Origin: Chiloscyllium plagiosum
Taxonomy: Eukaryota
Direction of reading: 5' to 3'
Assembly: GCF_004010195.1 (NCBI RefSeq)
Contig: NC_057718.1
Coordinates: 16,387,418-16,451,417 of the forward strand
DNA length: 64,000 nt
The notes under the pieces are model-generated. The model searched no databases. It saw only the letters and a list, made by a program, of their open reading frames with translations, and had not been told where the DNA came from. The position numbers and the translations under genes were made by a program. Shown here in pieces: positions 26,860-40,171 of the stretch. How positions within the stretch are numbered: the stretch's first letter is position 1; each line of letters opens with the position of its first letter.

Positions 26860-28029
26860 GTAAGTACTACAAAACTTTGTTTTTTTTTCCAGGCATTAAT
26901 CATTAAGATCTAACTGCTGTTGTTTCTTTAGATTATACAATACTTTTCTACAAACCAGACCTGGAGAGAATATTTGGTGCTTACAATGACAGTTGCAGCT
27001 ATAACTTAGCTACAAAATTATGTGGCAACACCTGTTCAGTATTAATATATTGGAATAATTACAGAGCATGCATTCTTCTATTTGAATGTATTAACTGATA
27101 TATTTATAAATTACAATTAATATAGTGTGAGAAAGCTACTGGCATTTTGTTGCAGCAAATCATTCCAAACCATAGCCAAAGGCAAAATATATCAATTTAC
27201 AATAAAATCACAACAAAAAGCACTTATTTCTTGAGGGTTTTATCATTGAGTTTATGTGCAATTTCTATTAGAATTCAGGCACAATAATTTCATTTTCAAT
27301 GTAAAATTTCATTTGTACAATCTCATTTTATGAGATCAAAGATAACTGTGATAAAAAGTTGTTTTGTGGTACATTTAAGGAGCACAATTTCTTAATTATT
27401 TATTAAATGTTAAGAGCACTCAACACAGTATTAAGTTATGCTTATGTACTTCAATCACTGTGACTTGTTGGTGATGCAGTAATGCAGAACGTAATGCTTC
27501 GTTCTTATGGCTAATATGAAGAAAAGAATAAGTTTGCAACATATTTTCTTCTAAAAACAAGCAACTTCCTTTTAATGCCATTCAAATGGAGCAGAAAAAG
27601 TTTTGTATTTCTAACTAGATGTGAAAATATTCTGCTTTACAAGTGAACCAACAGTATCTGGTAGTAGAAGGTATCTTCTCTGGTTTTCAGTTTCATTCTT
27701 ATTCTGTTCAAACCTATGAAATACTGAGAAGTAAAATGTCACTAAATAACCGTCAATTATAAATTATTCTCAGAAGAGAGTACTGCTATAATTTTTGTAT
27801 TTGCTATTGGATAAAAACACTTGGCATCTTTCATCACTATTTGGTATTATCAGAGCTGCTTGGAGTATTCATGTTAAATGTAGCTTTTTAATAACTTAAT
27901 CAATCACTTAGAGAAAAAGTATTTATATTAACATTTTGAATCTAATTTGTTCTATGCAGTAGCATGACAACTGTCAAAGCTAAACAATCCAAATAATTCT
28001 ACATACACTTATGATTCTTTATATTGCAG

Positions 28030-28098
28030 TCTTTGAAGTATTCTTTCCAGACTAAAGATCGTCTATGTTTTGTCATGGAGTATGTGAATGGTGGCGAG
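28030..28098 (+). CDS. AKT3: AKT3 coding exon (hinge)
   Basis: ttgcag|TCT...GAG|gtaagc, 69 bp; [23 protein letters not shown] (AKT3-type YVNGGE). Confidence 0.96.
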
Positions 28099-29894
28099 GT
28101 AAGCATAATCCGGCAAAGCAAGCTATTGTGAACAGTATGTTCTGCAATCATTTTGCAATGGTCAATGATACTGATTTCTGATGTTTTCTTGCTTGTATTT
28201 AAAAAACAAAATTCAAGCTTTTTTCTTGTTCAAATTTGAATTTGTTTGTAATCATTAAAATAATGTAAAAATCACCTTTTCCACCTGACATCTAATACTT
28301 GTCCCATTTCCAGTTGACAAAGTGGGGACAAATTTTAGTGGGAGCAATATGATTCGATGGGGTAAAACATTTTGAGCAGTCTGGAGATAGGAAAATTGAC
28401 TTTCTGCACAAAGGTTGATTCACAAGTTGAGATAGTTCAGCATCATTTGTATTTTAGTTAATATCTCACATGGTCAGGAAAGTAAGTTAATAAATCCAAT
28501 GACATCAGCTATTAAGCAATTATTTTTAAGTAAACAGTATAAAATTGAATTGAATTGAAGTAGAATTGAAGATTGGACGTTTTGAATGTTTGCGTTTTTT
28601 AAAGGTTACAATATTAAATATTCTTGCCTTTTTTGAGCTGATTTTGAAAGAATATTTTACATAAAACAGAATTTAATCAATAGTTTCATGTTATTTTAAT
28701 AAGATAAGTTACATACTTCCATTGGAAAATAATATCTTGAGTTCACACTTATTAAAATGAGCTACATTATCTTCCATGACATTTTCTTCATAAAGCAATG
28801 TATTACCAGCAAGTTTATAATGAGCCCTCAATATGAATGATATAAAGTTTAGTGCAACAATTGTTACTTTTTATAAGCATGCATACTACTTGCATACAAG
28901 AGGTCAGTACCTTGAATGTCGATTGCTCCTTTTCTCTGCCATAATCACGTTGACGTTCTTTCTTTGATTATCTTAGTGCACTTAATTAGCTTTAGCACTT
29001 TGTTTTTTTCTTTTATTTCTATATGCTTTAGGTTCAATTTCTGTTTCTTAACATTTTATTTACAGAAGAGATTTCTTTCTTACTATTTTCTCCCAGCTAA
29101 ACTGATGTAACAGCCGATTTCCAGCAGTGGTAAAAGATGAGTTAAAGTTTTGCCTGAAAGGTAATTGTAGTACCTTTTCCTTGGCTCCTGGTTTTCTGTT
29201 TGTTTTCAAAGACTTGGGCTTATCATCTTCAAGCCATCTTTGCTAATGGTCAGCTTTAGTTCCATCTCTTTGGGGGGAAAAGAACCTGTAGAGTGCATGT
29301 CAATTGTACGTCTATGCAAGGGATCCCCTTGCTTTGAATTTGCAGAGCATAGTTTTCATCTAGATGTGACTTATAATGTTTGAGTCAGGCAAAGTCCCAG
29401 CTTTGTGTGTACACCTTGGGTAATAATGGCTGTAGAACTGGGATCTTCTTTTCAGATGGCTGCCTGCTAAAGTTGCGCCAAAGGAGTTTGGAGGCAACTA
29501 CAAGTCTGCCAGCTGTAAGGCCTGTCAGCTGCAGCTTTTTAATGACGTCCCCTCAGTCTGCTGGGATTTTGTCCCAGTAGTTCTTTTTACAAAGATCCCA
29601 AATTCTATAGCCCTCATCACTCAACTACATTACACCACTAACATTCTCTGTGATCCAGCATGCTCCCATGTCAAGGGTTTCCCAGAACTTGTAACTCCTT
29701 GTACTCTCGTGACAAGGTTTGACTCTTCCAGACCCATAAATTATTCAATAATTGAAGCCGAAGGAACATGAAACCACCTAAGCTTGTCTAAACGATGTTG
29801 TGAAACTGATAGAGATCAGACAGCTTGAACTGTCAACAAGTACGGGCTCAGAAACTCTTGAACTCTCCCAGCCAACCCTTATTATGTTGTTATT

Positions 29895-30272
29895 TTCCTT
29901 ATCAACCTGTTTAGAGATATTTTGATATACCTCTGGAGCAGGTTGACCTTGAACCAGGCCTCTTAGCTCAGACATAAGGAAAACTAACACTGCATCAGAA
30001 GACCCTCATGCCTTGTTATGTAGATTTTGTTTTAATCAACCAGTTCAGATTTATCATGACAAATCTCTGGAGCAAGTGGTACTAAACACAGGCTTTCTGG
30101 CTCAAAGGTAGGGACACAATCAATGTGTCTCAAGAGTCTTCTTCAGTGAAAAGATATTTTCTAATCAACTTATTCAGAGTTGGTATTATGCGCCTCTGAA
30201 GCAGGTGGGACTTGAAATCAGACTTTCTGGCTCAGAGATAGAGACTTTGACACTATACCACAACAACCTCCC
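29895..30272 (-). repeat. Three tandem ~130-bp degenerate tRNA-derived SINE heads
   Basis: Repeated cctctggagcaggt...ttgaa...ggctcaga; minus strand shows A-box-like tggtatagtg and B-box-like ggttcaag/tttcaagtccc. Confidence 0.6.
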
Positions 30273-30454
30273 ACTATATATTTTTGGCTAACAAGCCACC
30301 TAATCATTTAACTTGTTAAGAAGCTGCACCCCAGCTTGATTAACATCTTTGGCTGTTTGATCTTTATCATTTTCAATAAGTTTGTTTATGCAAGCTTAAA
30401 GTGTTTAAGTTTCAGCTGTTGAAACATTAAACTCCTCTTCCTTCAAAGAGAGAA

Positions 30455-33440
30455 CTAAGAAGGAGGGGACATGAGAAATCGTTTGCAGATAAGATCAAGG
30501 AAAACCCTAAAGCTTTCTATAAGTAAGTCAGGAATAAAAGAATGACTAGAGTAAGATAAGGACAGTAGTGGGAAGTTGTGCATGGAGTCCAAGGAGATAG
30601 GAGAAGCGCGAAATGAATATTTTTCATCAGTATTCACACTGGAAAAAGTCAATGTTGTTGAGGACAATACTGAGATACAGGCTACTGCACGAGATGGGAT
30701 TGAGGTTCACAAGAAGGAGATGTTAGCAATTCTGAAAAGTGTGAAAATAGGGACGTCCCCTGGACTGGATGGGATTTATCCTAGGATTCTCTGGGAAGCC
30801 AGGGAGGATGCAGAACCTTTGGCTTTGATCTTTGTGTTGTCATTGTCTACAAGAATAGTGCCAGAAGACTGGAGGATAGCAAATGTTGTCCCCTTGTTCA
30901 AGAAGGGGAGTAGAGACAATCCTAGTAATTATAGACCAGTGAGCTTTACTTCAGTTGTGGGTAAAGTTGTGGAAAAGGTTATAAAAGATAGGATTTATAA
31001 TCATCCCGAAAGGAATAAGTTGTTTAGGAATAGTCAGGGTGTGCCTTGAGAAGGTTACCAAATGGGTGGATGAGGGTAAAGTGGTTGATGTGGTCTATAT
31101 GGATTTCAGTGAGGCATTTGATAAGGTTCCCCATGGTAGTCTGTTGCACAAAATCAGGGGCATGGGATTGAGGGTGATTTAGTGGTTTGGATCAGAAATT
31201 GGCAAGCTGAAAGAGGATAGTGTTGGTTGATGCGAAATAGAACATAGAAGAATACAGCGCAGTACAGGCCCTTTGGCCCTCGATGTTGCGCCGATCCAAG
31301 CCCACCTAACCTATACTAACCCACTATCCTCCATATACCTATCCAATGCCCGCTTAAATGCCCATAAAGAGGGAGAGTCCACCACTGCTACTGGCAGGGC
31401 ATTCCATGAACTTACGACTCGCTGAGTGAAGAACCTACCCCTAACTTCAGTCCTATATCTACCCCCCCTTAATTTAAAGCTATGCCTCCTTGTAATACCC
31501 GACTACATACGCGGGAAAAGGTTCATACTGTCGTCCCTATCTAACCCCCTAATCATCTTGTGCACCTCAGTCAAGTCACCTCTAAACCTTCTTTTCTCTA
31601 GTGAAAACAGCCCCAAGTGCCTCAGTCTTTCCTCATACGGTTTTCCTTCCATACCAGGCAACATCCTGGTAAACCTCCTCTGCATCCGTTCCAGTGCCTC
31701 CACATCCTTCCTATAGTATGGCGACCTAAACTGCACACAATATTCCAGATGCGGCCGCACCAGAGTCTTATACAACTGCAACATGACCTCAGTACTCCGG
31801 AACTCAATTCCTCTACCAATAAAAGCCAGTACGCCATATGCCTTTCTCACCGCACTATTTACCTGGGTGGCAACTTTCAGAGATCTGTGTACATGGACAC
31901 CAAGATCCCTCTGCTCATCCACACTACCAAGTATCCGACAATTAGCCCAGTACCCATTCTTTTTGTTATTCTTCCCAAAGTGAATCACCTCGCACTTAGG
32001 TACATTGAATTCCATCTGCCACCTTTCTGCCCAGCTCTGCAGCTTCTCTATATCCTGCTGTAACCTGCCACATGCTTCCTCACTGTCAACAACTCCTCCG
32101 ACTTTCGTGTCATCCGCAAACTTGCTCACCCAACCTTCTAACCCCTCTTCCAGGTCATTTATAAAAATGACAAACAGCAATGGTCCCAAAACAGATCCTT
32201 GCGGAACACCGCTAGTGACGGCACTCCATGAAGAAACTTTGCCATCAACTACTACCCTCTGTCTTCTTCCATCCAGCCAATTCCTAATCCAAACCTCCAA
32301 CTCGCCCTCAATGCCATATCTCCGTATTTTCTGCAGTAGCCTACCATGGGGAACCTTATCAAACGCCTTACTAAAATCCATATATACCACATCTACCGCT
32401 TTCCCCTCATCAACCTCCTTCGTCACCTTTTCAAAGAATTCAATAAGGTTTGTGAGGCACGACCTGCCCTTCACAAAACCATGCCGAAATGTTCATCTCG
32501 GAGTTCAGTTACTAGTGGTGTACTGCAAGGGCCTGTTTTTTGGGTCCACTGCTGTTTGTCATTTTTATAAATTACCTGGATGAGGGTGTAGAAGGATGGG
32601 TTAGTAAATTTGCGGATGACACTAAAGGTGGTGGAGTTGTGGACAGTGCCGAAGGATGTTGCAGGTTACAGAGGGACATAGGCGAGCGGCACAGCTGATC
32701 TGAGAGGTGGCAAATGGAGTTTAGTATGGAAGTATGTGAGATAATTCACTTTGGAAGGAGCAACAGGAATAGAGAGTACTGGGCTAATGGTAAGATTCTT
32801 GGCAGTGTAGTGTTCATGTACGAGGATCCCTGCAAGTTGCCGCCCAGGTTGATAGGGTTGTTAAGAAGGCATATGGTGTGTTAACTTTTATTGGTAGAGG
32901 GATTGAGTTTTGGAGCCATGAGGTCTTGTTGCAGCTGTACAAAACTCTAGTGCAGCCAACTTGGAGTATTGCGTACAGTTCTGGTCACTGTAGGAAGGAT
33001 ATGGAAGCTTTGGAAAGGGTTCAGAGGTGATTTACTAGGATGTTGCCTGGTATGGAGAAAAAGTTTTATGAGGAAAGGCTGAGGGACTTGAAGCTGTTTT
33101 CATTGGAGAGAAGAAGGTTGAGAGATGACTTAATTGAGACATATAAGATAATCAGAGGGTTAGATAGGGTAGACAGTGAGAGCCTTTTCCTTGGATGGTG
33201 ATGGCTAGCATGATGGGACATAGCTTTATATTGAGGGGTGATAGATATAGGATAGATGTCAGAGGTAGTTTCTTTACTCAGTAGTAGGGTCATGGAAAGC
33301 CCTGCGTGCAACTGTAGTAGACTCACCAACTTTAATTGGATAAACATATGGATGAAAATGGAATAGTGGAGGATAGCTAGGTTCCACAGGTCGGCGCAAC
33401 ATCGAGGGCCAAAGGGCCTGTACTGCGCTGCAATGTTCTA
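30455..33440 (+). mobile_element. CR1 LINE ORF2 copy interrupted by a nested CR1
   Basis: ORF 30576-31049 SPGLDGIYPRILWE...VPEDWRIANVVPLFKKG...NYRPVS; RT continues after 32490 to a 3' tail. Confidence 0.92.
31239..32484 (-). mobile_element. Young 5'-truncated CR1 LINE with uninterrupted 323-aa RT segment
   Basis: ORF 31503-32474 with [36 protein letters not shown] cgaaat (31233-31238 / 32485-32490). Confidence 0.95.
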
Positions 33441-34629
33441 AAGTGTCTGGATAACTGACACTGATGCCTTTGGAAAATCATAAATGATTCCCTTTAGAGT
33501 TTTTGTTTAAACACATTCAGTTGCCACTATGGGATTTATTCACTCACTATGCATTATATAGTGCTGAATAGGCCAGATTTTAGCATGAGGGAGACTTTAA
33601 ACTCGCCTGTCCAAAGGTTCCATCATGCAGACTATGATCCACAATATCTATGCATTATGAACTCTATTCACAGTCTGGACCAATGGCATTAAAGTTTCAG
33701 AAGAGTAAGTCATATCAATGAAATCTCTGCAAAATTAGGTCCAGAGTATCAGATTATGGTTTGCAATCTGAACCAGTCTGCACCCTTTAAAGACATTCCT
33801 GAATCACAGAAAGCCTTGGAATGGGTAGTCTGCTATTTTAAAAGCTAACTTACTTAGCAAAAAATCTGGCCAAAAGTTTCTGTCATAAAGCTTCAGGATC
33901 AATTCAGATTCTCGGCAGGTTTCATTGAATTAGAATCTTAAATGGAGATGTAAACAGTTGAAATTCAAAACTCTTGCTTCATTCTTTTTGTGGCTTGCGA
34001 ATCAGTATCTTAATTAATGGTGCTGAGCAACTAAATTCTCATCTATCATACTGAATTTTTGGATAAGTTTCCTTTTGCAGTCTGACACTAGTTTCCAACA
34101 CTCAACAGATTTTGATATCCTTGAATAGTCAATTGCAGTGCTTGTCTTCTTGTCACTGTTAAGCAGTATGGTGATATCAGGGTCTTGAAGCCTCACTTGG
34201 TTCCTTTTTATGTATTATTATATTTCCATAGTGTACAGCAACATTTCCACTGGTTCAGTGTTTTCATCTTGAAAATCCAATGTCTGTAACTATTGAAATT
34301 TGTGTCTTTGATCCTTGCACAAACCTTCTTGTCTCCAGCGACTTGATCTTCTGTTGTCTTAGATTGATCATGAGGCTGAATATACTTTTAGAAGCTTAGT
34401 AAGATTAAGGCACAGAAGGAGCTTGTCATGATCGCGCCAACCAGGAAAGAGCTATTCAATCTATTGCCACCTTCCAGCTTTCAATCTGTTGCGCTGTACA
34501 TAATGACACCTCAAAAGTAGTTTGTAATATGTTGAAGGTTTAAGCGTAGGGTTTTGGAGTTCCATCACGTTCTGGGTGAAAGGTTTTCTTCTCAACTTCT
34601 AATTCTTCTATCAATTTGGAAACAATTAT

Positions 34630-35165
34630 CTAAGATAAAATCAGTAGTCACGTGGCAAATGGTGGATTGATTAGGAATAGTCAGCATGTATTTTTAAAGG
34701 GAAGTTGTGTTTGACTAACTTGGAGTTTTTTGAATAAGTAACAGAAAGGGTTGATGAAGGTAATGACTTTAATGTGGTGTGTATTGATTTCCAGATAGCA
34801 TTTGATACAGTCCCTCATAGACTTATGAGGAAAGTTGTAGGTTATAATATAAAAGGGACAGTGGTAATGTGTATACAAAATTTGGCTCAGTGATGAGAAA
34901 ACAGATTAATGGCCAATGGATATTTTTCGGGCTGGAGGATGGGTTTGTAGTGGAATTCTGTTCTGGGAGCATTGTTTTCCCATTTGTATATTAATGATCT
35001 GACCTTGGTGCACGAGGGGCTATTTCTAAGTTTAAGAATAATACTAAACTGGAAAAAATTGTAAACTGTGAAAGAGGATGGTGCGGAATTCCAGAAAAAC
35101 ATTAACAGGTTAGTGGAGTAGGGGGTATGTGGCAAATGAAGTTCAGTATAGACAAGTGTGAGGTG
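34630..35165 (+). mobile_element. Degraded CR1 RT fragment
   Basis: agtcagcatg...tgtttgactaac...gcatttgatacagtccctcatag matches the RT region of neighbouring copies. Confidence 0.75.
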
Positions 35166-35789
35166 GCACTGGCAAGGCGACATTTGGAGGAGGGCAGCCA
35201 GACTGCAAGTCTTGGTGATGCAGCAAGGTGGTGGCTGCAATAACAGCAGCATAGTATGCTTAGAGTTGGGACTCCTGGCATCATTGAGGCAGCAGCAGAG
35301 CTGGGGGCTATTGGTTGCGGGGTGAATGTGGGTTCAGCATGGGACCTGGCATTAGTGGTGGCAAGGTGGGCCCAGCAGCGAAGAGATGGCACCTACAGAG
35401 TAGTGAATCCTATGCTGGTGGGTCTGGCGCACATGCTGACGAGGCAGTGGAGGAGGGGTGGTAGCACAGGTATCATTGGTGCACCAGCTCAGGCTTAGGA
35501 TTCTCTTTCAGTTGTATATTTTATCTTTTTTTATTCTTAAACTATTCAAAATGACACTGGATTGTGGCAACTGTCGAAGTTTTTCAGTGTATTTTACTCT
35601 ATTACTTGCTGTAAAATGCAAGTGACAATAAATAAATCATTAATTCATATTGTAAGTAAATCATTCATTCATACTTACACCTTCTAGTTAGCAAGGTATT
35701 TTATCTCTGTGTGATCCAGATGATCCAGAAAAATTGGTGCTTGATGTCTATGTTCCTACTTTATAAAATTTCCTTTTCAAGAAACAACT

Positions 35790-36012
35790 GATATAACTGC
35801 TGAGAGGCCGGGGGTATCCTGTCACCAAATCATCCTTTATTTACATGTGCAGAGTACATAGGCTCTGAGCTGGCTGGTCCCTAGAATGAAGAGACTCTCT
35901 GAATCTCCCGTTTACATCTGTCAGAAGGGCTCCCTGATTAGCCCAGGTTAACAACCTCAATCAAGAATCTCATAGTCAGTGAGATCCACCAGGCACTAGT
36001 TCCAATTACTGC
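35790..36012 (-). mobile_element. Diverged solo LTR related to the Gypsy LTR at 21918-22184
   Basis: Shared blocks cctttatttacatgtgca, ccctgatt..caggttaaca..c.caatca, tccacc.ggc. Confidence 0.7.
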
Positions 36013-39000
36013 AGTTATTTTTAACACTTCCATGGTGTTAGAATCATGTGTTTTTTTTGCAAGCATACTGGATTATGTTTATGTATGTTGGATCTACCTG
36101 AATTGATGTGGGAAATGGTTAAAATACTGCTTATGCCAGGGCTAAGAGAGGGGTTAATGTTGATAGAATAAGAAGTGAATTTGTAAAGGGGAAGATTTTC
36201 TAACCACCTTGACCTTTTGAAGAAGTGGAATGCTAGCTGGACAGCCAGTTGTAGTTACCATAATGTTCTGATGTTGAAAGATGCCCACTGTCATCTTCTG
36301 CAGTGAATGTGGTAGAGACTGGAATGCCAGAATACCACCCCTGAGCTACACTAGATAATGCTTAACACAGAACTGACCACTATGGTGCATGCCATGGGCT
36401 CACCAGGATGGAACATTGCCAGCACCACATTTAAGTATTACTTGAAATACTTTGAAAGGATTTGTTTATTGCCAATTAACTGATCACTGTTGGAAGGCAT
36501 TGGGTCAAGTATTATCTACCAGAAAGCCATGCACCTAAGTGCATCCCAATCAGCTTCCTAAAGAATCTCAGGCCAACTGTTCTGAAATAGGCTTCAACTC
36601 CTCTGTTAGATAATGTTTTATATTGAATGTGGAGCAAACCATATTTTCAGTTTAAGTTCCCCATGTTGGTTCTCACTGAACTTTTTAAATGCCTAAGACA
36701 CATGGGGAACTTCACTATCAAGTGTTTTAGTACCTGCATCCATCGAGGCTTGTAGTAAGGTATCCATCATAGAGTCTTACATCATAGAAACATGGCTTTC
36801 GACCCTTAATGTCTATCCCAACCAACAAATGCCAAACTCCACTAATCCCATTTACTTGCATGTGGTCCATTGTCTGTTATGCCCTGGCATTTTAAGTACT
36901 GATCCAGATGCTTCTTAACTGTTGCAAGAGCATTTGCTTCCACAAACCCCTCAGGCAGCATATACCCTGTAACTACCACCCTCTGGGTGAAAAGAAATAT
37001 TTCTTCAGATCTCCTTTAAACCACTGACTTCTCACTTTAAATCCATGCCCTCTGGTTTTAGACACATTTGCTAGAAGGAAGATATTCTCATGATCTACTC
37101 TGTCTTTGTCTCTCGTAATTTTGTATACCTTAATCAGAAGCCCCACGGCCTCAACTGCTACAAGGAAAATAAATCCAGCCTATCAAATCTCTCCTCATAA
37201 CTGAGGCTTTTCATCCCTAGCAACATTGGGTAAACCTCCTCTGCACCTTTTCCAGGGCAATCACAGCCTTCCGATAATGTGGTGACCAGAACAACACACA
37301 ATATTCCAGTAACAAGACTTCCTCGCTCCTATTTTCTATGCCCTGGCTAATGAAGGCAAGTATCCTGCATGGTTTCTTCACCACCCTGTCCATCTGTGCT
37401 GACACCTTCAGGGATCTGTGAACGTATACACTGAGGCCACATTGTTCCTCAGTACTCCCTAGGGATCTACCATTCATTGTATATATCCTTCCCTTTTGAC
37501 CTCTCAAAATACATCACCTCACAATTATTGGGATGAAATTCCATCTGCCATTGTTCTGCCCAGTTTACTAGCTGATCAATATTAGATTGCAGCCTGAGAC
37601 CACCCTACTCACTATCAACAATGTTACCAATTTTTATGTCATCTGTAAACTTACTAATTAAACCTACTACATTCACATCCAAGTTGTTAATGCACATAAC
37701 AAACATCGGGTATCCCAATCCCTGTGGTACATCACTGGTCACTGACTTCCAATGACAAAAATAAGCATTCACCATCACTGTTTGCCTCCCATTCGTAGGC
37801 CAGTTTTGGATCCAGTTTGCCAAGTTGTCTTGCATTCCATGGGCCCTTACCTTTGGACCAACCTTTCATGTGGGGCCTTGCCAAAGGCCTTGACTAAAGT
37901 CCATGTAAACCATATCATCTGCACTACCGTAATCAATATATTTAGTCACCTTTACAAAACGTTAATTAGGTTTGCCAGGCAGAATGACCATGTAACAAAT
38001 CCATGCTGACTATCCTTGATCAATTGGCATTGATAAATATTGATTAATCCTTTCATTTGGAAGTTTTTCTAACAATATTTCTACCACTGATGTCAGACTA
38101 ACTGGTCTGTAATTACCTGACCTGTACTTGCTGCCCTTCTTGAGCAAAAGAACCAGATTAGCTATCATCCAGTCGTCTGGCACTTCGCCTGTGGCCTGCG
38201 AAGTACTAAATATATCAACCAGTGCCCCATTAGTTACATTCCTTGCCTCCTATAGCAGTCTGAGATACATCACATCTGGCTTATGGATTTCTGCATCTGT
38301 ATGACTACTGAAAAATCTAATACTACTTGTTAATCTTAACATGTTCTAGAACCTCACCATTCCATCTGAAATTCCTGGCTACCATGCCTATCTCTTTGTG
38401 AAGACAGATTAGAAGTATTTATTTAAGACCTCACCCACATCTGCTGGCACCATGTACAGATTGCCCCTTTGGTCTCTAATGGGGTGCCATTGTTTCCATG
38501 GTAATCTTCTTACTCTTAATATACCCCAATAAAAAGCTTTGGCTGCCAAAGCAATCTGCTGTAAGCTCTACTTTTGAAGGGCCTCTCCTGTTTTTAATGT
38601 GCTGTACCTGACATGTACTTTCTTCTTTTTAATTATCAAACCCTCGAAATCCCTTGATATCCAGGGTTGTTGTGGTCCTGTTCGCCGAGCTGGGAATTTG
38701 TGTTGCAGACGTTTCGACTCCTGTCTAAGTGACATCGTCAGTGCTTGGGGGCCTCCTGTGAAGCGCTTCTGTGATCTTTCCTCCGGCATTTGTAGTGGTT
38801 TGAATCTGCCGTTTCCGGTTGTCAGTTCCAGCTGTCCGTTGCAGTCACCGGTATATCGGGTCCAGGTCGATGTGCTTATTGATTGAATCTGTGAATGAGT
38901 GCCATGCTTCTAGGAATTCCCTGGCTGTTCTCTGTTTGGCTTGTCCTATAATAGTAGTGTTGTCCCAGTTGAATTCAAGTTGCTTGTCATCTGCGTGTGT

Positions 39001-39231
39001 GGATACTAAGGATAGCTGGTCGTGTCGTTTCGGGGCTAGTTGGTGTTCATGGATGCGGATCGTTAGCTGTCTTCCTGTTTGTCCTATTAGTGTTTTGTGC
39101 AGTCCTTGCATGGGATTTTGTACACTACATTGGTTTTGCTCATGCTGGGTATCGGGTCCTTCGTTCTGGTGAGTTGTTGACTGAGAGTGGCTGTTGGTTT
39201 GTGTGCTGTTATGAGTCCTAGTGGTCACAGT

Positions 39232-40059
39232 NNNNNNNNNNNNNNNNNNNNNNNNNNNNNNNNNNNNNNNNNNNNNNNNNNNNNNNNNNNNNNNNNNNNN
39301 NNNNNNNNNNNNNNNNNNNNNNNNNNNNNNNNNNNNNNNNNNNNNNNNNNNNNNNNNNNNNNNNNNNNNNNNNNNNNNNNNNNNNNNNNNNNNNNNNNNN
39401 NNNNNNNNNNNNNNNNNNNNNNNNNNNNNNNNNNNNNNNNNNNNNNNNNNNNNNNNNNNNNNNNNNNNNNNNNNNNNNNNNNNNNNNNNNNNNNNNNNNN
39501 NNNNNNNNNNNNNNNNNNNNNNNNNNNNNNNNNNNNNNNNNNNNNNNNNNNNNNNNNNNNNNNNNNNNNNNNNNNNNNNNNNNNNNNNNNNNNNNNNNNN
39601 NNNNNNNNNNNNNNNNNNNNNNNNNNNNNNNNNNNNNNNNNNNNNNNNNNNNNNNNNNNNNNNNNNNNNNNNNNNNNNNNNNNNNNNNNNNNNNNNNNNN
39701 NNNNNNNNNNNNNNNNNNNNNNNNNNNNNNNNNNNNNNNNNNNNNNNNNNNNNNNNNNNNNNNNNNNNNNNNNNNNNNNNNNNNNNNNNNNNNNNNNNNN
39801 NNNNNNNNNNNNNNNNNNNNNNNNNNNNNNNNNNNNNNNNNNNNNNNNNNNNNNNNNNNNNNNNNNNNNNNNNNNNNNNNNNNNNNNNNNNNNNNNNNNN
39901 NNNNNNNNNNNNNNNNNNNNNNNNNNNNNNNNNNNNNNNNNNNNNNNNNNNNNNNNNNNNNNNNNNNNNNNNNNNNNNNNNNNNNNNNNNNNNNNNNNNN
40001 NNNNNNNNNNNNNNNNNNNNNNNNNNNNNNNNNNNNNNNNNNNNNNNNNNNNNNNNNNN
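39232..40059. other. Assembly gap (828 N)
   Basis: Run of N. Confidence 1.
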
Positions 40060-40131
40060 GGAAGCGGCAGATTCAAACCACTACAAATGCCGGAGGAAAG
40101 ATCACAGAAGCGCTTCACAGGAGGCTCCCAA

Positions 40132-40171
40132 GCACTGAGGATGTCACCTAGACAGGGGACGAAACGTCTGC
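40132..40171 (+). ncRNA. Minimal type I hammerhead ribozyme motif in Penelope pseudo-LTR
   Basis: gca-CUGAGGA-u-GUCACCU-agac-AGGGGAC-GAAA-c-GUC-ugc; intact core and GUC triplet; 3-bp stem I. Confidence 0.7.

Noticed and set aside
28900..29740. Possible hidden gene or LTR-like segment
   Set aside because: No coherent ORF, splice pattern or clear termini found
31617..32583. Plus-strand ORFs of 148 and 192 aa
   Set aside because: Antisense shadows of the intact CR1 RT frame
34014..34200. Possible ancient LINE RT remnant on minus strand (IDYSRISKSVE resembling IDYSKAFDSV)
   Set aside because: Similarity too weak to support by eye
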